DNA of 64,000 bases from assembly GCA_052139695.1 (NCBI GenBank), contig JBKQWF010000307.1:3996-67995 (forward strand), written 5' to 3'. This document shows positions 18,419-25,194 of this stretch, piece after piece. A model generated the notes under the pieces. It saw only the letters and a program-made list of their open reading frames with translations, made no database searches and was not told where the DNA came from. A program made the translations under genes and the position numbers. The DNA comes from Limisphaerales bacterium. GTDB taxonomy: Bacteria > Verrucomicrobiota > Verrucomicrobiia > Limisphaerales > Palsa-1400. Every line of letters starts with the position of its first letter. Within the stretch, counting starts at the first letter, position 1.

Positions 18419-18480
18419 GGGCGTTGCGGCAGCAACGCCCTACCCAAAGGATGGTGGGGCGGCGCTGCTGCGCCGCCCAA
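18419..18480. repeat. REP-like double-hairpin element, family B, copy 1
   Basis: Hairpin 1: gggcgttgc-ggca-gcaacgccc (18419-18440). Hairpin 2: gggcggcgc-tgct-gcgccgccc (18457-18478). The element ends 3 nt before the tsaD ATG. Confidence 0.85.
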
Positions 18481-18482
18481 AT

Positions 18483-19526
18483 ATGCACACAGCCATGACC
18501 CTGCTCGCGATTGAGACTTCTTGCGACGAGACCGGCGTGGCCGTGATTCGTGATGGCCTCGTCTTATCGAACGTCGTTGCTTCGCAGACCGCGATCCACG
18601 CGGAATATGGCGGGGTCGTGCCGGAATTGGCAACGCGGGAACATCTGCGCAATTTTCTGCCCGTCGCCGGCGCGGCTTTGCGCCGGGCTTCCGTTGCGCC
18701 CGCTGAACTGGATGCGATCGCGGTCACGAGGGGGCCGGGGTTGCCGAGTGCTTTGCTGGTGGGACTCAAGGCCGCCCAAGCTCTCGCGTTCAGCCTGCGC
18801 AAACCCATCGTTGGCATTCACCATCATGAGGCGCATTTGTATTCCCCGTGGATATTGACGGACCCGCCGCGAAGCGACTTTGCTCATTTTGAACCTTCGG
18901 TTTCGCTCGTCGTCAGCGGCGGACATACCTTGCTGGTGGAGGTGAAAGGGGTTTTTCAGCATCATGTCCTCGGTTCGACGATCGACGATGCGGCCGGAGA
19001 ATGCTTTGACAAGATTGGAAAACTCATGGGCCTGGCTTATCCCGCGGGCGCGGAAATCGACCGCTTGGCCGCCGCCGGCAATCCGAAAGCGTTCGCGTTC
19101 CCGCGACCTTTGCTGGCGGAGTCTAATGATGATTTCAGCTTTGCCGGATTGAAGACCTCGGTGCGGTATTTTTTGGAGAAAAATCCCGGGTTGCTGGATC
19201 GCCCGCAGGGATTGCGCGACGTCTGCGCGAGTGCCCAGGCGGCCATCGTCGAAGTGCTCGTCGTCAAGACCGTGCGCGCGGCGCTGCGCCGAGGAACGGG
19301 ATGCGTCACCGTCTCGGGTGGGGTAGCGTGCAACGGCGCGTTGCGCCGGGAATTGGCGGTCGCCTGCGCGGCAGATGGTTTTCGGCTGCGTTTGGCCGAG
19401 CGCGTCTTTTCCACTGACAACGCCGCCATGATTGGTATCCTTGCGGAGCGCAAGTGGATGGCCGCGGCGGAAGAGACGGACTTGGACGCCGAAATTGAAC
19501 CGAGTTGGGCCTTGTCGCTTGCCTAA
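18483..19526 (+). CDS. tsaD: tRNA N6-adenosine threonylcarbamoyltransferase
   Basis: 347 aa. Motifs: LLAIETSCDETGVAVI, metal-binding HHHEAHL, SGGVACNGALR. Confidence 0.92.
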   Translation: MHTAMTLLAIETSCDETGVAVIRDGLVLSNVVASQTAIHAEYGGVVPELATREHLRNFLPVAGAALRRASVAPAELDAIAVTRGPGLPSALLVGLKAAQALAFSLRKPIVGIHHHEAHLYSPWILTDPPRSDFAHFEPSVSLVVSGGHTLLVEVKGVFQHHVLGSTIDDAAGECFDKIGKLMGLAYPAGAEIDRLAAAGNPKAFAFPRPLLAESNDDFSFAGLKTSVRYFLEKNPGLLDRPQGLRDVCASAQAAIVEVLVVKTVRAALRRGTGCVTVSGGVACNGALRRELAVACAADGFRLRLAERVFSTDNAAMIGILAERKWMAAAEETDLDAEIEPSWALSLA

Positions 19527-19535
19527 GCGAAATTT

Positions 19536-19595
19536 GGGCGTTGCGGCAGCAACGCCCCACCAAGGATGGTGGGGCGGCGCTGCCGCGCCGCCCAA
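19536..19595. repeat. REP-like double-hairpin element, family B, copy 2
   Basis: It has the same two hairpins in the same orientation as copy 1 (19536-19557 and 19572-19593) and differs by only a few bases by eye. It ends 9 nt before the M20 peptidase ATG. Confidence 0.85.
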
Positions 19596-19604
19596 GTCAA
19601 ACCT

Positions 19605-20969
19605 ATGAATACCGTCTTGCAATACCTTGATCAGAATAAAAGCCGCTTCGTGGATGAGCTTTGCCAGTATCTCCGCTTTCCCAGCGTCTCCGCGCAACCG
19701 GAACACCGCCCCGATATGGGGGCTTGCGCCGAATGGCTGGCCGCCCATTGTCGCGCCATTGGGTTGGAAGCGCGGGTCTGTCCCACAGACGGGCACCCCA
19801 TCGTCGTCGCAGGGACAAAGCGCACTGGCAAACCGCATTATGTCATTTACGGACATTATGATGTCCAGCCGCCGGAACCGTTTGAATTATGGAAAAGTCC
19901 GCCGTTCGAGCCGCGCTTGGAAGGACGTTCCATCTTCGCGCGCGGGGCGTGCGATAATAAGGGCCAGAATTTGGCGCACCTCAAAGCGGTCGAAGCCTTC
20001 TTCAAGACAAACACCGAACTCCCCTGCGACCTGACATTCGTCATCGAAGGCGAAGAGGAAGTCGGCAGCAAGAATCTGGAAGCTTTTCTGGAAAAGCATC
20101 GCGTGGAGCTGGCCTGCCGTGGCGTCGTTATTTCGGACACAGGCATGCCGAGCTTGAAATACCCCGCGCTCACTTACGGATTGCGGGGCATCCTGGCCTG
20201 CGAGGTGACGTTGCGAGGGCCATCCCGGGACCTGCATTCGGGCATCTTTGGCGGAACGGTCGATAACCCGGCTATGGCTCTCTGTCAAATGCTTGCCCAA
20301 TTGCGCGACAAAAACGGGCGAATCAATATCCCCGGTTTTTACGACGATGTCGTTCCGCTCTCCGCTTACGAACGGAAGCAGGCGGCGCGCATTCCCATGA
20401 CCGAGGCGCAATATCGCAAGTTTCTTGGCGTGCCAAAATTGTTCGGCGAAAAGGGTTACACTTTTGTGGAACAACGCAGCGCGCGGCCGACCATCGAGAT
20501 CAACGGGTTGACCAGCGGCTACCAGGGCGAAGGCAGCAAGACCATTGTTCCCTCATCCGCCTCGGCCAAGTTGACCTTCCGCCTCGTGCCCGATCAAGAC
20601 CCTGCCCGCATCGGCAAGTTTATTTTGCGGCGTTTAAAGGAACTTTGCCCGGCGACCGTTAAACTGGAAACGCAACTCGGTCATGGTGGCGAGCCTTACA
20701 TGATGGCGCCGACCGCCCCGCTGGCGCAGGCGGCGTTGCGGACTTTGCGGGCGGCCTTTGGACACGAGCCCATATTGATGCGAGAAGGAGGCTCGATACC
20801 CATTGTCACGCAGTTCAAAAAGATTTTGCGCGCCGATTCGCTGCTGCTGGGCTTGGCGCTGCCGGATGACAATGCCCATTCCCCGAACGAAAAATTCAGC
20901 CTGGATTGCTTTGAAGGCGGGGCCCGCATGGGAGCGTTATTGTGGCCGGAACTGGCCAAGCTCTCGTGA
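19605..20969 (+). CDS. M20 family metallo-dipeptidase/deacylase
   Basis: The track ORF starts at 19566 inside the REP hairpin; I use the internal ATG at 19605 (MNTVLQYLDQNKSRFVDEL). Motifs: YGHYDVQP, GACDNKGQ, IEGEEEVGS, and HSPNE near the C-terminus. Confidence 0.85.
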   Translation: MNTVLQYLDQNKSRFVDELCQYLRFPSVSAQPEHRPDMGACAEWLAAHCRAIGLEARVCPTDGHPIVVAGTKRTGKPHYVIYGHYDVQPPEPFELWKSPPFEPRLEGRSIFARGACDNKGQNLAHLKAVEAFFKTNTELPCDLTFVIEGEEEVGSKNLEAFLEKHRVELACRGVVISDTGMPSLKYPALTYGLRGILACEVTLRGPSRDLHSGIFGGTVDNPAMALCQMLAQLRDKNGRINIPGFYDDVVPLSAYERKQAARIPMTEAQYRKFLGVPKLFGEKGYTFVEQRSARPTIEINGLTSGYQGEGSKTIVPSSASAKLTFRLVPDQDPARIGKFILRRLKELCPATVKLETQLGHGGEPYMMAPTAPLAQAALRTLRAAFGHEPILMREGGSIPIVTQFKKILRADSLLLGLALPDDNAHSPNEKFSLDCFEGGARMGALLWPELAKLS

Positions 20970-20996
20970 GCGGTCGGGAACGCGTCCGTCATAAAC

Positions 20997-21066
20997 GGTA
21001 GGGACGCCTCGCGGCTCGCCGAGCCGTCCGCGGTGGGCGCGGTCGTCTCGCCGAGGCGACCCTACC
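20997..21066. repeat. REP-like composite palindromic element, family A, copy 2 (inverted orientation, with insertion)
   Basis: Sequence: ggtagggacgcctcgcggctcgccgagccgtccgcggtgggcgcggtcgtctcgccgaggcgaccctacc. Its right end overlaps the permease stop codon (21062-21064). Confidence 0.8.
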
Positions 21067-22573
21067 TTAGCCTGCTTTTTCTATAGCCATAGGCAAAATA
21101 GAATATCAGGCCGGCCGCCAGCCAAATGACGAAACGCCACCAGGTCACGAGCGGGAGCGCGGCCATCAGCCAGGCGCAGCTCAGGATGGCACCGATAGGC
21201 ACCCAGGGAACCCAGGGCGTTTTGAATCCGCGCGAGCGGTCCGGCTCGATTTTGCGCAGGATAAGAATTCCGGCTGCCACCAGAATGAAGGCGAAGGCCG
21301 TGCCAATGTTGCAAAGGTCCACGACCTCATCAATATTCATCATCCCGGCGAAGGCGGCGACAAGGAAGCCAGTCAGAATCGTTGACAGGTGCGGCGTCCG
21401 ATATTTGGGATGCACGGCACAGGCCCAGGGCGGCAGCAAACCGTCCCGCGCCATGCTGAAAAAGATGCGGGTTTGCCCCATGTGGAAGACGAGCAGGACG
21501 GAGGCATTGGCGAGGAGCGCGCCGATGGAAATGATGACCACGGCCCAGTTCAAACCCAAACCGGTAAAGGCAGTGGCCAATGGTTCAGGGGTGTCGAGCT
21601 TGCTGGCGGGGAGCATACCTGTCAAGACTATCGCAACCGCGACATAGAGGACCGTGCAAATGCCCAGGCTGCCGAGGATGCCGATCGGCATATCCCGTTG
21701 CGGCTTGCGGGTTTCTTCCGCGGCGGTGGAAACAGCGTCGAAACCGATGTAGGCAAAAAAGATGATGGCCGCGCCGCTGGCAATGCCATGCAGACCGTTG
21801 GGCGCAAACGGCCTCCAGTTTTGCGACTTCACATAAAACGCGCCAATCGCCAGGAAGAATAACAGGATGGCCAGCTTGAACGCGACCATGGTGGAATTGA
21901 ACCAGGCGCTTTCCTTGATGCCGCGGACCAGCAGCCATGTCAACAAGGCGACGATGCCGAAAGCGGGCAGGTTAAAGATGATGGGAACGCCGAGCAAATG
22001 GGGAGCTTCATGCCAAGCTTGAGCCGCCCGCAGAACATTCGTGTCCAAGGTGGAGAGATCCAAATGCCGGGCGGTCGCATCCGCCACGGCGGCGGTCGCT
22101 TGAAAGGCGGAGCGAAAATCCACTCCCAGCCAGGCCGGCCATCGATAATGAAGCAAGGCTTGAAAGTACCCCGACCATGAAATCGCGACGGCCACATTTC
22201 CAACCGCGTATTCCAGGACCAGATCCCATCCAATGATCCACGCCACCAATTCACCCAGCGTCGCGTAAGCATAGGTGTAAGCAGAACCGGCGACCGGAGC
22301 CATGGAGGCAAATTCCGCGTAACACAGCCCCGCCAGGGCGCAAATTGGCGCCATGATGAGGAAGGAAACGACAATCGCCGGACCCGCGCCGGTGTGTCCG
22401 CTGCCCCCCGCGGCCGCAGTGCCGACGGTGGAAAAAATACCCGCGCCCACAATGGCCCCGACGCCGAAGAGAGTCAAATGAACCGGACCCAGCACCCGTT
22501 TGAGTTGGTGTTGCGGTTCGACGGTCTCGCCCAGGAGTCGTTGCAGCGACTTGCGGCGGAAAAGCTGGCGCAT
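21062..22573 (-). CDS. APC-superfamily amino acid permease
   Basis: 503 aa with 12 or more hydrophobic helices. Blocks: LKRVLGPVHLTLFGVGAIVGAGIF and AYIGFDAVSTAAEETRKPQRDMP. Confidence 0.9.
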   Translation of the reverse strand: MRQLFRRKSLQRLLGETVEPQHQLKRVLGPVHLTLFGVGAIVGAGIFSTVGTAAAGGSGHTGAGPAIVVSFLIMAPICALAGLCYAEFASMAPVAGSAYTYAYATLGELVAWIIGWDLVLEYAVGNVAVAISWSGYFQALLHYRWPAWLGVDFRSAFQATAAVADATARHLDLSTLDTNVLRAAQAWHEAPHLLGVPIIFNLPAFGIVALLTWLLVRGIKESAWFNSTMVAFKLAILLFFLAIGAFYVKSQNWRPFAPNGLHGIASGAAIIFFAYIGFDAVSTAAEETRKPQRDMPIGILGSLGICTVLYVAVAIVLTGMLPASKLDTPEPLATAFTGLGLNWAVVIISIGALLANASVLLVFHMGQTRIFFSMARDGLLPPWACAVHPKYRTPHLSTILTGFLVAAFAGMMNIDEVVDLCNIGTAFAFILVAAGILILRKIEPDRSRGFKTPWVPWVPIGAILSCAWLMAALPLVTWWRFVIWLAAGLIFYFAYGYRKSRLR

Positions 22574-22618
22574 ATAAACGGCCAGAGGAGATTGGATCAG
22601 CGGCCCGAAGGCAAGGAA

Positions 22619-22813
22619 TTAATTTGGCAGGGGCGTGAACAGCATCGATGATCCACGCTTTACCATCTTCAGATTATGCTCGGAAGCCAGTTGCTCGCAG
22701 ACTTCCTCTTCCTTCGACCCGGAGACGTGGTCCAAGCGAAAGGGCTCGTCCTCGGTGGCGAACTGCCGGCACTGTTCCACCCATCCGGGGTGCTGCGTTG
22801 AGGTCCAATTCAT
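22619..22813 (-). CDS. Small hypothetical protein (64 aa), possibly a gene fragment
   Basis: Internal ATG of track ORF 22619-22912 (MNWTSTQHPGWVEQCRQFATEDEPF...). I recognise no motif. It lies in a region full of gene remnants. Confidence 0.3.
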   Translation of the reverse strand: MNWTSTQHPGWVEQCRQFATEDEPFRLDHVSGSKEEEVCEQLASEHNLKMVKRGSSMLFTPLPN

Positions 22814-22835
22814 GAGAGCCCGTTCTTCAAAGGGA

Positions 22836-22934
22836 TTAGTAGGTGAGCAAGATGTCGTGTCCTTTTTCCGCAAGATCAAGGCACATGCTCTTGCCAAGAC
22901 CGCGGCTGCCACCGGTAACGAGTGCGACTTTCAT
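22836..22934 (-). pseudogene. 32-codon N-terminal fragment of a short-chain dehydrogenase/reductase
   Basis: Hand translation from the ATG (complement of 22932-22934) gives [32 protein letters not shown] then TAA. It carries the classic TGxxxGxG Rossmann start, but the rest of the SDR is missing. Confidence 0.6.
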
Positions 22935-23001
22935 GGCGGAAACTTACCGTGCAAAGTCTTTTATCACAATAAAATCTCAGGGCGATGAACAATCTCTCCA
23001 T

Positions 23002-23115
23002 GATTTGGTCATTACCAAACGGCAGTGGGGCGCATTCCACGGCATCGAATTGGACTTGCAGTGCCGGCGCCGGGGCGTGATGACCATTGTGGTCGTCTCG
23101 ACCGCCCCCGTTGGG
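23002..23115 (+). pseudogene. Internal fragment resembling an isochorismatase-family (cysteine hydrolase) gene
   Basis: Within track ORF 22843-23193: [33 protein letters not shown]. This matches the K..W.AF.GT.LD..LR..G+..+V+ block of isochorismatase-like hydrolases. The flanking sequence has no such similarity. Confidence 0.35.
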
Positions 23116-23175
23116 TTCCTGCCGACGGATTCTTTCTCACCGAAACTTGCTGTTCGCTGTTTGGAGATTAGTGCC

Positions 23176-23181
23176 TATAAT
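23176..23181 (+). promoter_or_regulatory. Perfect TATAAT -10 box 8 nt upstream of the ATG at 23190 (possible near-leaderless transcript)
   Basis: tgcctataatgtggaagcATG. No good -35 hexamer is present (the best candidate is TTCGCT). Confidence 0.3.
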
Positions 23182-23189
23182 GTGGAAGC

Positions 23190-24316
23190 ATGAAACTCAG
23201 CGAAGGCCGGCCTTGCGAAGTCGTATTGCTGATTTTGGTCCAGGTTTTGTTAGCAGTCTCGGCCTGCACTGAAAAACATCATCCGGCGGAGCCGTCGCTT
23301 GCTTCCGGCGCGTCCACTCCAAATGACGCTTGGGGTGTTGTCTGGCACGAAGTTAAGGGCAATCCAAAACTGCGCGGCGTGCGGGCGCTGTCGTGGCGAG
23401 CCGTTGGCTGCAGCGATCCTGCTCTGGTGCGGACACCGGATGGCACATTGACGGTGTGGTTCACAACCATGGGAATCCGGCGTGAGGCGAATGGTAAATT
23501 TGCCGCCGACGGACCCTGGATTGGCCGCGCTACGGGGGCAGACGCCCCTTCGCCTGAGATTAAAATCACACCGGATGAGCCAGTCATTCCGGTTGGAGCA
23601 GAAGGCTCCTGGGATCGCTATATGGAGACCCTATTCGTTTTGCGTGATGCCAAGGCCGATGGTTACGTCGCCTGGTATCTTGGCTACCGCGAACGCGGAG
23701 GAGCAACGGGTTTTGTCGCTCCGGCCCTGGGGCAAATGTTCTCGTTGGATAAAGCCGGCACAAAATGGGCACGGAGCTCCGCCCCTCTATATACCGCCCA
23801 AAACCAGGGGCTTGGGATGGCATTTTGGTAACCGGGCCAACCGTCGTGGAGGGGCCTGACGGACTGTGGCGTTTGTATTACTCAGGAATGGGAACCACGG
23901 GTGGAATAGGCTTGCTCACGTCCACTAACGGCGTGACATGGGCCGCGCACGGTAACTCTCCGGTGCTGGAAGTTGAGCCTGGGAAATGGGACAGCCAGAT
24001 CCTTGAACAGGGCGTCCTCTACGCGCGGGGAAAATACTGGCTGTGGTATTCAGGCCTTGATAGCCCGCTGTCGGACAGAACAATCATTGCCATCGGACTT
24101 GCGACCTCTGATGACGGAGTGCGTTGGAGCCGATATCCACATAACCCCGTTTTAAGCCCTGGGGCAAAAGGCTCTTGGAATGACGCCAGGGTCCTTGCCC
24201 CGGACGTTATCGTTGAACCGGACGGCACTTTATTGATGAGTGCCTATGGACAATCCAAGCAGGATATCAAGGAAAATAGCAGCTCCAGTTCCATCGGTTT
24301 CTGGCGTTCACGATAA
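23190..24316 (+). pseudogene. Lipoprotein-type five-bladed beta-propeller glycoside-hydrolase-like gene (GH43/GH130-like) split by a frameshift
   Basis: ORFs 23190-23831 and 23765-24316 overlap in different frames. Both carry propeller-blade repeats: DPALVRTPDGTLTVWFT, WDRYMETLFV, GPTVVEGPDGLWRLYYSG, WDSQILEQGVLYARGKYWLWYSG and LAPDVIVEPDGTLLMS. N-terminal lipobox LLAVSAC. Confidence 0.6.
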
Positions 24317-24403
24317 ACAGGAGTGGACGCCGTTGATCAAGAGGGCGTTCATGGCACTGTCAACGGATTGAAATGGCCGGCCGATAACTCATAGGATGAT
24401 CGA

Positions 24404-25147
24404 ATGCAAGAGCGTGAGATAATCTTCCCCGCCTCATTGGAGGTAACGGCGCAGGCGATTGATCTTTCCGCCCTGAGCCAGGGGCAGAAGGGTTTTTATT
24501 TGCGGCTTTTTGCTGAAGTTGTGGAAATCTACAGGGCCAAGGGAAAACCTCGTGTCGTTATTGGAATTGCCGGCGCTCCCGGAGCCGGCAAGTCAGTGGT
24601 CGCCGTCCTGCTGCAAAACATGGCAAGGCAGGCCGATTTGCCATTCGCGTTGGAGTCCATCACCATTGATGCCTATCATTTTCCAAATCAATTTCTGCTT
24701 TCGCATTTTTCAGAGGGAAAGCCGTTGAAGCAAGTAAAGGGACGTTTTGACACCTATGACGCCAAAGCCTTGGCCGGGGATCTTAAAGCCTTTTCTGCCG
24801 GAGAAGCCGTATCGTTCCCGACCTACTCGCGAATATTGCATGATCCAGTCAAGAACGGTGTCGTCGTTGCGGCTAAAGAGGCCTTGCTGATCGTCGAGGG
24901 GCAATGGCTTCTGTTTGATCGTGAGGGTTGGGAAGACGTCGGCCCGCATTTGGATTATGCTATTTTTATTGATTCAGACCCGGTGAGGGCAAAAGTACCC
25001 GTGCTCAAGCGGCACATGGCCGGCGGTCGGACATGGGAGGATGCTTCCCGGCATTACGAACTTGTCGATGCCAGAAATTCCGATCTCGTCCAAACGACCA
25101 AGCACAAAGCGAATAAGGTGCTGCCGCCGTATTATTCGATCCAGTGA
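24404..25147 (+). CDS. P-loop nucleoside/nucleotide kinase family protein (uridine kinase / PRK / FrcK-like)
   Basis: 247 aa. Walker A VVIGIAGAPGAGKSV, then ITIDAYHFPN and KGRFDTYD blocks as in the pantothenate/uridine kinase-like family. Confidence 0.7.
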   Translation: MQEREIIFPASLEVTAQAIDLSALSQGQKGFYLRLFAEVVEIYRAKGKPRVVIGIAGAPGAGKSVVAVLLQNMARQADLPFALESITIDAYHFPNQFLLSHFSEGKPLKQVKGRFDTYDAKALAGDLKAFSAGEAVSFPTYSRILHDPVKNGVVVAAKEALLIVEGQWLLFDREGWEDVGPHLDYAIFIDSDPVRAKVPVLKRHMAGGRTWEDASRHYELVDARNSDLVQTTKHKANKVLPPYYSIQ

Positions 25148-25194
25148 ACATAATTATGACAATCACCCGTTGATGGTTGCAAATACGCAGGCCA

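Noticed and set aside
18564-19856. 430-aa minus-strand ORF spanning tsaD and both REP elements
   Set aside because: It is antisense to tsaD, which has unmistakable motifs. It also reads straight through two palindromic repeats and is low-complexity Arg/Gly-rich.
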